Assembly (NCBI GenBank): GCA_002633005.1
Contig: NMRA01000498.1
Location: forward strand, 237,772 to 301,771
DNA length: 64,000 bases
Direction of reading: 5' to 3'
Source of the DNA: Phoronis australis
Taxonomy: Eukaryota; Animalia; Phoronida
In this document: positions 49,441-60,428 of the stretch, piece after piece
How positions within the stretch are numbered: the stretch's first letter is position 1
How the letters are laid out: the number at the start of each line of letters is the position of its first letter
Translations under genes and position numbers: made by a program
The notes under the pieces: model-generated
What the model saw: only the letters and a program-made list of their open reading frames with translations
The model's database searches: none
Told to the model about the DNA's origin: nothing

Positions 49441-49452
49441 TCACCACGCCAT
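49441..49452 (-). promoter_or_regulatory. In-frame upstream micro-ORF (ATG GCG TGG TGA) 6 nt before the FBXL4 ATG
   Basis: Minus strand reads gatagATGGCGTGGTGAtacgtaATGGCTTCG. Confidence 0.4.
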
Positions 49453-49945
49453 CTATCGCCTAACCGCTCTCCTAACTCTCAAGTGTACACTGACGTAGCC
49501 CTGTTGCCCCTCGATAGGCCGGTTAGGGGCCCCTGTATGCCTACGGTATCCAGGGCCGAATGTGGCCTATCTCAAGCCCCGTTGTTTTCATGCAATACAT
49601 GAGAGCTGAAACTTTGTGCTATATGGTTGCATTTTTCCCCAAAACACCTAAATTCGTCAAGATACCGGCACCACCGTGACACCACCGACCCCCGGCGCCC
49701 GCTCGCCGTGCCACGTATCCTCTTGGGGGTGTTATGCAAAACCTCAAGTAACAGAGGTAGCCTACACTAAGCTGCTTTTCCTTACAGTTGAGAATTTGAT
49801 CTCTGGGCTGGGACCAAATTCTATGTACACAGCGCCACCTATACTGAAAAGTTCGCAGTACTGTCAAAGTATCTTTGGTACTGTGAAAGAGGGTTCCGGC
49901 GGACCGGAAACCAACGGACAGTTTTCTATTTCTTCAGAACAAGTT

Positions 49946-50134
49946 CAGTGACGGATTTAAGGGGGAGGGGGGGGGGGCACCCTGCCCGCCCCTCCTAAAA
50001 TTCCCAAATTCAATTTGGCACTTCGGGTTGCGAATGTCTGACGGGTAAAATCCTGGCTAATCACTAGCCAGGATTTTACCGTCACTAGGCTTCCGAACCC
50101 TGTCCCCCAACTAAAAATCCTGTACACGCCCCTG
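49946..50134. mobile_element. MITE (CAGTGACGGATTTA...CCTGTACACGCCCCTG) with internal hairpin
   Basis: Reverse complement of 51494-51648; internal gacgggtaaaatcctggcta-atcac-tagccaggattttaccgtc; flanked by aagtt on both sides. Confidence 0.75.
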
Positions 50135-50674
50135 AAGTTCATAAAATTTCAGGTCAATGCGGCGTGACCTGGTTGGACATAACCAAATAATGAATTGTCA
50201 TTTCTTGGCTAAGCCCCGAAATAACACCTATTTTGATTAAGAAACAACATGAGACCGATTACGTAATGGCAAATGGCCTACGTCCGGTCGGTCAAAATAA
50301 AACGTGTTGAGTGAGGCCTACTTGCAGTATACAATTAATTGCAGAGTCATATTCAAATGAGAGATAAATTTACAAGGGAAACATGTAACACGTACTATGA
50401 TACATTGATGTACTATAAACAAAGGAATTCCCCCGAATTCAAACAAAGGATAAGAACGGGGTGGAAAATACGCATGTGGCGAAAGTTGATTATTACCAGC
50501 ACGACAAACATGTTTTTATAGAGGTCTTAAAATCCAAAAAATTATCATCATAACGAATTTCTCTAAGATTTCTCTATTCAGAGTTCAACACCACATCCGC
50601 GGCATAGCTTGAAGCGTAACGCTCCATTCTAAAAATTAATTGACGATAGATTTGAAAAAAATAAATTTAAAATG

Positions 50675-50899
50675 CATGCGCGCACCCAGGGGGGCTCGGG
50701 GTGCTCGTGTGAGAAACAAAAAGTCCGAGAAAATGAGACAAAAGTCCACTAAACAAGCACAAACGCGCAATTCACAGTGGTGCGCTCGTTTTTTTTTGTT
50801 TTTTTTTTTAGTCCGCCGGCTAGCCGGGTATTTTGTTACCAAAAGGCCCATAACGTTAGGAATTCGAGCCCCCCATGTTGAACGCTGGGTGCGCGCATG
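50675..50899. mobile_element. MITE with perfect 15-bp TIRs CATGCGCGCACCCAG
   Basis: 50675-50689 and 50885-50899 are exact reverse complements; related copies at 15.3, 26.0 and 39.2 kb. Confidence 0.85.
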
Positions 50900-51493
50900 G
50901 CATGGAATTTGAACTTTGAGACATGGTCACATTACGATTGCAAGCAGGATTTTTGAGATAACTGGGAAATTAATTATGTGACTATACATGCTTTTTGTCT
51001 CTCGTCGTATAAATATAGGCTACAATCGTGACGGGGGTGTGTTGCATAAGAAATGAACGGTGACTGCGCGTGACAAATTATGATTTGCGACCCATGTTTT
51101 TGCTGTAAGTCGTGACTGATCCGCTTGCAGCCTAGTTCAGTTACATTGAGGAAGACATTGGTAATACATAAATAATGCGGCACTCACGATGGAGAGCACC
51201 TTGTATACTGGGCCTCATACTAGGATATGAAGATGAAGATTTTTAAGAAGGACCAATTCTGCCGCCTCGGATTTCTCATAAGATTCAATACCAAAATTCT
51301 GGTCCGAAGGCGTAGATAGTTTAATTTTCACGCGGAAGGTCCTTACCTTAAAAGCCTACTGGTACCCGAATTTGTAAGATAAAAGCAAGAATCAACTAAA
51401 AACGTATGTCACGTTCTTAGTGAGTGGTCTAAGAATCTTTCCCCACAGTTGCCTTGTAAATCGTTAAAATCGTAGATCACGCTTGCCCCGTGT

Positions 51494-51648
51494 CAGGGGC
51501 GGATCCAGGACTTTAAGTGGGGGGGACAGGGCAAAATATTAGCCAGGATTTTGCCCGTCAGACATTCGCACCTGCGAACTGCCAAATGGAATCTGGGAGG
51601 ATTTTGGGGGGCCATGGCCTCATTGGCCCCCCTCTAAGTCCGCCACTG
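51494..51648. mobile_element. MITE (CAGGGGCGGATCCAG...AAGTCCGCCACTG), inverted copy of 49946-50134
   Basis: agccaggattttgcccgtcagacattcgca...tgccaaat matches the reverse complement of 50008-50060. Confidence 0.75.
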
Positions 51649-52186
51649 GTAGGCACGCAGACTTCGAAAGAAGTTATCAACATTTGAGGATTGTCGATGG
51701 TTACAGAGCATTATTTTGTTTCAGGTAATTGGATGGGAAAGTCGTTTTTAATATCTGTTAATAGCCAAAACCGGGTTTGGTATCCTTTTAAAATTGTACA
51801 CCTACCTGCCACCTGTATTTACGTACCAATCTACAAACTTACCCATTTGTCTACCTACCAACGTACGTACAAACTCAGTACATATCTTCCAACCTACCTA
51901 ACCACCTTGCTACGGTGCGATTCACAAACACCCACCGACCCACCCACCTACCCAGTGTACGTGTCAACTTAGCTAACCTATTCGGGTTCAGTGGTTCGCA
52001 TTAGGTTATGTCAAAACTTTGCCAGTAGATTCCCGCCTTTTCAAAAACCAAGTCATCCTTGGTATACCACACTTTTATCTCCCACCTGGTTACCATGCAT
52101 GTCAACTCGTTGTCGTTGGTTTCTGATTGTTTGTCCAGCCTTCCCTCTTCTAGAACATTGTTTACGAAGTTGTACTTATGTGCAAA

Positions 52187-52763
52187 TATCTTAAATTCTG
52201 TTAGCTCTAACCCCTAAAAAGGATAAATTTTCTGAAAGGTGAATAATTTTCCTAACAAAATGTATTATTCTTATTTGTTTGTTTTTATTTTTTATGAGAT
52301 ATGCGTTATTTAGTAAGTTTTCTACTTTGAACTGAAATTTTAGAAATATTGTTTCTCAAATCATATTGGTTTGTTTCTCAGCATGTTGATAACAGCATTT
52401 CCGAGGGAACCGTGTCTCAGATTTTTGAAATAGGTCCTAGATTTTCGGAACGAAGGCTTCAACGAACGTTTTTGCTCAACATACTGTAAGAAGTCGATAA
52501 TTAAAAAAAAACTAAGACATATTTCAAAAATCTGAGACACGGTTCCCTCGGAAATGCTGTTACCAACATGTTGAGAAACAAACCAATATGATTTGAGAAA
52601 TAATATTTCTAAAATTTCTATTCAAAGTAAAAAAATACCCAAAAACGCATATCTCGTGATAAAATAAACATAAATAAATAAGAATAACATATTTTGTTAC
52701 AAAATTTGTCCATCTTTCAGAAAATAGTACTTGTAGGGGTTAGAGCTAACAGAATTTAAGATA
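52187..52763. mobile_element. Foldback/MITE with ~250-bp inverted arms, TA-flanked (Tc1/mariner-type TSD)
   Basis: TA-tcttaaattctgttagctctaacccct ... aggggttagagctaacagaatttaaga-TA; inner aacagcatttccgagggaaccgtgtctcagatttttgaaata is mirrored exactly; ~70-bp spacer. Confidence 0.9.
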
Positions 52764-52769
52764 ATACGA

Positions 52770-52990
52770 TGAATGTTTTCAGTCATCCAGTTGGGTCATA
52801 GTATAAGAATCAATAAATCTATTACTGGACTTACGGTACGTGGAGATGGCTACGTTGTGTCCTCCTGTCGAGGACTTCATCAGGCCATTGAGTTGTCACG
52901 TGACTTGTCATGTGATCTGTCGTACAGTTTCCGCGGGATTCTCTTCAGCGCCCTATCCCATGTCCTAGGTAAGTGAAACCACAGCCCCCC
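52770..52990 (-). mobile_element. 3' end of a Penelope-like retroelement (GIY-YIG C-terminal motif plus hammerhead-bearing pLTR), running into the gap
   Basis: Minus strand encodes GGLWFHLPRTWDRAL..., resembling the PLE endonuclease C-terminal 'NRGGGLRxxLxxxW/Yxxxl' motif. The stop codon lies within ATGGC-CTGATGA-a-gtcctc-gacag-gaggac-ACAAC-GTA-GCCAT. Confidence 0.65.
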
Positions 52991-53272
52991 NNNNNNNNNN
53001 NNNNNNNNNNNNNNNNNNNNNNNNNNNNNNNNNNNNNNNNNNNNNNNNNNNNNNNNNNNNNNNNNNNNNNNNNNNNNNNNNNNNNNNNNNNNNNNNNNNN
53101 NNNNNNNNNNNNNNNNNNNNNNNNNNNNNNNNNNNNNNNNNNNNNNNNNNNNNNNNNNNNNNNNNNNNNNNNNNNNNNNNNNNNNNNNNNNNNNNNNNNN
53201 NNNNNNNNNNNNNNNNNNNNNNNNNNNNNNNNNNNNNNNNNNNNNNNNNNNNNNNNNNNNNNNNNNNNNNNN
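52991..53272. other. Assembly gap (N run)
   Basis: Run of N. Confidence 0.99.
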
Positions 53273-56200
53273 TGTAAGCCAACTTTGGAAAATCACGTGA
53301 GTTTGGCTAACCACTGAAAGGCGTCACGTTCACTTTTAAAAAGGGCTGTAGAGAATACGAAGAACAAAATTTCGCTGTTATTTTGTGATTATACTGTACA
53401 ATGTGAATTGTTCAAAGCATCATGAAGGTAACAGTAGAATATCACTAAGAAATGTGTGCAGCACTGAGTCTGTACATGATAAGGTTTAAGTCAGTGCCAC
53501 GCATTTCCTGCGAATTAACAACAGCGCGGCATACGCGGAGAGTGTGCTGCCGTTAATGGGGCGAACTGTGTTGAAGTGACCAATCTATACCTTTGTTAAG
53601 AGTGCCACCCTTCTTTGCTGTGAAATTTCAGTGACGATGATTTCCGTGACCATTCATGAGCCACAATGGTTCGGAACCGTCCAATCTCCGCTAGAAACTA
53701 GTCTATAGACTCGCGGTACGTTATTTATAATGCCTTGAACCAATACATGAGGGTACTACAAAAGAACATACACTAGCAAAATTTGCGTCTACGGAACACA
53801 GCCCTGGACGTGCGCGTGAGCAGCAGTAGTAACAGCAGCAAGCGGAAATCTGATAGCTGGAGACATCTCAGAAAATTCAATATAATTGCCGAGCGATAAT
53901 CATTATTAGTGCAACTATAATTTTGCCAAATCATTGACGCACAAAAATAGAAAATAAAATCAATGGCAGAACGTGGCTTTTCAGGTCGCTCACGGGTAGC
54001 AGTATTTCAGAATGATGCGTGAACAAGACCCACTACAGATTTTGATTAACAAAGCGCCTGTCAACAGAATATAACTTCTACGCAGAAATATGACCTGAAA
54101 TGAATGCTCAATGTTAAATCCATCAGAACTGCGGAAATTCGTATTATGGAACAAACAAAACAAAACCTTGTTTATAAAGTTTTACAAAACAAATCCACAA
54201 ACCTAAAAAACATTTACTTTCGTTTTCGTTTTTCAGCTTAACAAACGACTGGTTAACTAATTCAAGTAGAAGTTGTCCAGACAACGTAGGGCGTATTTCT
54301 AAGAAATTCTTTTTTAGCGCTGTTGCAATCAAGCGGACCGTTCGGTAGCTCCGGATTTTACGCTCCGTGTACAGTCAAATACAACACCGACGCATTGAGC
54401 TTTCGAGTGCACTGGGTCGGGCATGTGCATTGAGGTGAGCAATTTTGAGAATTATTCCATGTTCGTTATTGTAATTAAATTAAGCAATCAAGAATGAAGT
54501 CTCGACTTCACAGGAAGTACGTCACTACTGGCAAGGTTACGTCTCAAACGTCATCTGTTTGGCTAGAGATATGGATGCCAAAATGCGCTTTTTATTAATG
54601 GTGGAAAATCGTTCTACGAAATCGAACTCATTGTTCGTAGCATAATCAGAAAATCCAAGATGATTATTTACCAGTAGTTATCATTGTACCAATGGCTTTC
54701 ATTGGCATCATTTAGCGACTTCACAAATGTCGTACTTGAACTCTTGGTATCCCACTGGTGTACAAAAACGCCACTTGATATTTTTTCGTTTGTGTATTCT
54801 CGCTTTAATGAACTTTTCATTCGTTTTATCACCAGGTGGTGCTGTGAGTAAAACTTAGAACTTTTTTCAGGTATTCGACGCATGAATGAATTTTAAGCTG
54901 TTTCAGGATTGTCATTGTATTTCTGGCAAAAAGAGAATCTGATGAAGAGCACAACCACATTGGAAGAGAAACATCGTTAGAATAAGCATTTTTGAACAAA
55001 AATGATAGCTATGGTGACGTTCTAAATGAGTAGAACATTTCCACAAATGCCGAGCTTGCTCGGATAGATCGACGTCGGGTGGGTTTGCACTCCTCGTCCG
55101 TCTTCCAGATATAGCTTGATCGCGTTCATGCTCAACTTTTGATTAACCCTAAGCGAAAACCTAAAATTATTTTTGAAAAGCTTAGTCTTTAAGCTGAGTG
55201 TCAAATTGAACCCTTGCTGAGGCTAAAAATGTTCGAATAATCTCGGACAGTCAGCGTAATTATACAAAAGTCGCTTAACTAAATGGTCAAATCCGCTTTG
55301 AAAGTCGATAATCTGCGGTTATAATTGTTGGCCTCAGCAGGTTTTTCGGTGGTAACCATCGCCAGAGAACTATGTTTCTGGACACCATGCCAGAGTTCTA
55401 CGAAATCATGGCATGCCAAGCAAAGTGAGATTGCGAGTAAGGCGGTCTACCTGAAGGTCACGCGGTTCAACAACAGGAGAAGTCGAGAGCTACGGGTTTT
55501 TCGTCAATAAAAGCAAAAGAAAGACACATTCACATAAGAAAATCGAATTATTTTTTGTGAAAAAATCCAGACAACAGTTCAAGTGTTGTCTGAGAAAAAA
55601 ATAGTGGTGATTTTTCTGTTCAGCTGTATCTATTCACCTATTACCCCAGTTTAGCTTTTAAATTCACAAGGTGTTAGCTCTGACGAAGGCGTGGAGATTG
55701 AATTGACCACCGGAAACTGCTCGTGAAACGACCTTGAAAGTGTGTGGGTGATTGGATAGTCAATGACCTCTGGCGGGGGTGGATAATTACTAACCGATAT
55801 TCAAACTCAAACAAGTATCCCTCTTCGAATCGGCCTAAAACTACAGTAGTCGTTTTGACAATATTGTACTGTCAAAACTTTTGGAACAACAGCAAATCTG
55901 AGACATGTTTTCGAAAACGTCTGTTTGTGTTTGTGGAACTTTGTTTTAAGTGGGCATTTGATGGCAAAGCGTCATTCACGGAGTTGTCAGTAGAGCACTT
56001 CGCGACATCAATATTTAAAGCAGAAGTGAACTTTTGAGTCAGAAAGCTTACGCCAATAAAATGTTTCTCATGCTGTTCCTCATAACTAACTGTCAACTCT
56101 TTGTTAACCGAGAAATAATTTTTCATATGATCGGCGCATAAAATGACACGCCATGACAAGCCAACTTGTAGATCCTGATCTCAAGCAATAACGAACTGTT

Positions 56201-59200
56201 ATCACCTCCAATTTTCCTAAGCAACAATTTGAGACCAATTTCATCACGGTAAACGGTCTAAATCTTTCTTGTGATGGACGTTGGATTTATAGCTGCTTTA
56301 AACTCGCTGCGGGAGGGCCTTCCCCTATACAGTGCCAGTTGGATGTACCATCCACGGACAAACCAGAAAAATGGGAACCCCACCGAAAACTCCAAAATCA
56401 TGAGAGTAGCAAAACTATCTTTCTTGATGTAACTTTAGATAAATACAGCTCTTGCAGGTTTTGAATTCTATAACTGCAACATTTATCCCGAAAGGTACCA
56501 TTAACGTGGCATTATCTGCGAGAAAAAAGTATTCTGAGGTCAGCCCTACGGAGGAGCCATTACTTCAGCGGGCGCAGTCCATCGCTTTGCTGGTGTAAGT
56601 TAAAGATGCTATTAGGTCTCATTAAATTGTGAATATGCAAATGAAGTACTAGTTTACAAACAACCCCGGGTCTTCCGGTGTGCCCGAAACCATCCGATAA
56701 TCAGTTACCATTACAATATCGCGAAAGCCTCCTTTTGCGAGATTATTTTTATCTAAATGAGCATGGTAATATTGCATCATTACCCTAATGAACACTCGAT
56801 TTTAAGTGAATTAGTTGTGGTGTTTGCTTTAAAACCGCAATTTATTTACAAATTGTTTCTTTTCCTGATTATACTTGTACACGCAGTTCTCCAGCAAGTC
56901 ACTAGGTGGCGCTTGATGCAAATTTGAATATTCACGGTTTTAATGAGACACAGCACCTTTAATATCCTCTCCACAACTTGCAGAACAGCGATAAAATGAC
57001 AAGAACAGACTGATATGTAGCTCCAATGAAAGTTTATCATTTCAAGTAGTCTATCCCATCCGACAATAATCTCAAAAAATCGTTTTTAGTCAGAAAACCT
57101 GTTATGCTTCTTAACTCGTTAGAAATGAACATAAGCGTAACATTACGTGTTCGTTTATAACATGGCGGATGTTCCGGGGAAGCGAAGTACTTCATACTTC
57201 AGTGAAAGTCTTCGTTCATTCCAACATTCAATCATAAAAAACGTGAAACTGTCTGATGATACGGTTAGAACAGAAAAGTGTGTTTAGCGACACTTCATGT
57301 TGGATATCCTTTCAATTCCGCCTAATTACGAGTAAGTGACCGATCTTACACTGTTTAAACTATGTGTGGTTAACCAAAACTTGGTGGTAATACCATCTTA
57401 TATTCTGGCACTATCTCAATACCATCATATTTCATGCAGTTTGTGTTATAATAAAATGAATCGGAATTTTAAAACTACAGTGTATTGCAATTAATTTCCC
57501 ATCATTTTATCAAGTGCTTGAATTTTTAATTTCGCTATTCCAATTTGTTATTGCGTATTCTTCTGTGATCATCACTGTTTTATTTATTTATTTATAAATG
57601 AATTTTACTATATTTTGCTGATCCTAGACAATCTAACAAAAACGAACTCTGAACTAATGAGGTGTTAAAATTTCTTATTTTGCGATACGCGTGTATAACA
57701 ATTGTGTACGTTTCCTCGCTTGTAAGTTAATTATTCTAGATTTATGAGTTAGCTGATTTTCAATAATCTACACGAAAAAATTGTTATATTTCGATTTGTA
57801 CAGTTGTTTTCTATTCACCTTCATGTTTTGATTACATGTTTTAGAAATGATTGATGGTGTTTGAGGTGATATAACAAATCTCTTGGTCTATATTTTCATA
57901 TATTTTGACCCATTCCGTATCAAGAATACCAGTAGTATGCCTATTACGACGGACAATACGTTACACAAATGTCGAGCATTGTTTTGGTTTGGCAATCGTT
58001 TCTTATAGATGCCAAGGCACCACTCGAGGGACAGTTGTACACGACTGTATATGACTGGCACGGTTAAGGTGAATGTGGCAACCTGAAGGCGTCCTTAACT
58101 CAATTCAGTTTCGTCATCAAACGGTGAGCTCAGAATCGCTTTAATGATGATAATTCACACCTGATTTATTTTAAAGTTTAGACAGAGTGTCACTGCGTCC
58201 TTTTGGTCTAACGCGTCATAGATATAACGTTAAAGAGGAATGAGAAATTGCTTGAGGCTGCTCAGTGAACTCGTCGCCTGCTAAAAAGACCCAATATTAA
58301 TTTAGACCACCTAACCGTGATAAAACAGATCTCAAGTTAGCGTTTATTTACTCAGGTAAATAACCGGCAATGTATGAGCATGGGAAGAACTGACGCTAGA
58401 GGTCGTTATTGTTTGGAACCATGCTCGGCTTATAAAGTGACCCACTGTGATAAGCCGCGTTGTGGACCTGGCTTAAGGCCAGAAACTACTTCAAATCAGA
58501 GTAATGCACAAGCTGAGACCAGTTTTATGACGTTATACCAAAAACTATTTTTGACAGAAGGCGGATGTATAGCGGCTTCAACGAAGACTTTATAAGCGCG
58601 GGACGTGACGAGATACGATTTGTTACAGGATACGCAACACTCAAAAATGTTTTATTAGTTATTCATAAAATTAATCATAATATATGAACGAATATTTAGC
58701 AGCGCTAATGTTGTAATCATACCCCGAGAACTGTCTCAGAAACTTCACACCGCCGTCTTAAATTGCTGATACTTTCACAGAATGAGGGAAAAATCGAGTA
58801 AAAATCTCTGATGAAACAATACATCTTTTTAGTTGTTGCTTCTCAAATTATCTGCTAATGATGTAACAGGGAAAATCTAGTGCATACATCAGCATTACCG
58901 AGTATGGATATTAAATACGACATGATCTCTTCAAGTATCGTAAAGGTTTCTTCAATTATCTTCAAGTATTTGAAAGTAATTAAAATTATAGATAAACAGG
59001 ATGCACAAACGAGTCCGTTGTTAAATTTAAATGATAACAAAATCAAATAATTTATGATTAGATGAACCGTTTCCTCAGTAAAAGAGGGAAAAATCAATTG
59101 ACAATGCGCTGAAGACCAAAATAAATACTTCATTTTTTTAGAGTAGTTAGCCGTTAAAAATAATAACGGTAATCAAAGCAATATAAACTTTCAAAATAGC

Positions 59201-60270
59201 GAATTCAATTTAGCGATGAATTGCCAGAAATCAAAAGCAACCTGGCCTCATGGTCAAAATGAATTCTTACTTCCTTGTTAGGCTCTGACTAAAAGGATAT
59301 TATCGTTCTTACGGTCGAAAGACGCATAATTTGGGATTACGTCTGGATGAGATGGAATTATTGAAGTTATTATCTTTGACTGAAGGTATAAAATTATAAG
59401 ATCTGTAGTGATTTTTGTGAGTTCATCGCCAAATCAAAATGTTTCTTGAACTATCTTGAAATACTTTAAATGTTTGCCCGGGCAACTATATGCGAGAGAC
59501 AAATTAGGCGAAGCGTAGCATTTCCACAAATTAAATGAAAAGTGGTGTATTTGCTCAGCCTAAAATGCAGCAAATTAAGAACAGTTATGTAACTACTAAT
59601 TCTAAAAGTAATCAACACAACTTCCGGTAGTTTTGTCGACAAGTTCATTTCTGAAAATGACCACAAACAACCAACTAGCGCTTACGAATTTCGCTAAGTT
59701 GTGTCGCAGTCATGGAAAATCGCGATTTTAGGCTAAATCAACTCTCGGAGTCTGTTTCACGTGAAGTGACTTATGATTGAAATTTGGTCTAAAGCCCACC
59801 TTCACTTCAATGTTGCGTAATAAAGGTTTACCCAAACAATTACGAGAGGATCACATCGGGGAAACATAATTTACAGAATTTTTTCAGTAAGTAGCAGTTA
59901 TGTGTGCCTTCTCAAAGACTTTGGATTTTTGTACTATGATATCTAATCATTTTTCTGAAACTGCTGTGTGGAGCGCAAGACAAAACTTCCGACTTAAGTC
60001 ATATGTCATTTGTTTTATGAAAAGTGAGTGAAGACTTAAGTTGGTTTTACGCTCCAAATTCACGATTGCCGAAAAATTTTAGCCAGGTAATGATGAGTGC
60101 AGCACAATCTAGAAACAATTTCTATCAATCGTATCCCTAATTAACAGTTATGTGTATTGTCATCAGAGAATTTGCACTTTCGATCAAGTGTTATTTTTCA
60201 GAAATTCTTGTGTGGTGCGCAAGACCAAGATTTAATCATAAGCCTTACGTAAGCTTTCATGAAATAGACT

Positions 60271-60428
60271 CCAGCCTCCCGTTCAGTAACGCTAGGATCT
60301 CGATAAAATGCAAGACTTCGCGAGATTACGTGAGATATTGTCGAGTATTTTAAATGAGAACACGTGACTTTGGCTAGATTTAAGTTCGGTCCTAGCTTAG
60401 GTCGTAGCGTTACTGAACAAACGCCTGG
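60271..60428. mobile_element. ~158-bp MITE with TIR-like ends (gttcagtaacgcta / tagcgttactgaac)
   Basis: Internal terminal symmetry; inverted copy at 35050-35203. Confidence 0.8.

Noticed and set aside
52895-52974. CLEAR/E-box pair (GTCACGTGAC, GTCATGTGAT) plus a GTAAGT donor suggesting a divergent promoter and first exon
   Set aside because: Better explained as the minus-strand 3' end of a Penelope-like element; no downstream exons found. Exaptation cannot be excluded.
55676-55700. ctctgacgaaggc resembling the start of a hammerhead/retrozyme
   Set aside because: No complementary stem II or GAAAC at the right spacing.
54668-56400. Short minus-strand ORFs (54668..54883, 55872..56159) as a pseudogene or exons
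   Set aside because: No identifiable domain and no consistent splice chain.
57158-57340. YY1-like AACATGGCGG with a short ATG ORF and downstream GTAAGT as a gene start
   Set aside because: The ORF stops after ~27 codons and no linked exons were found.
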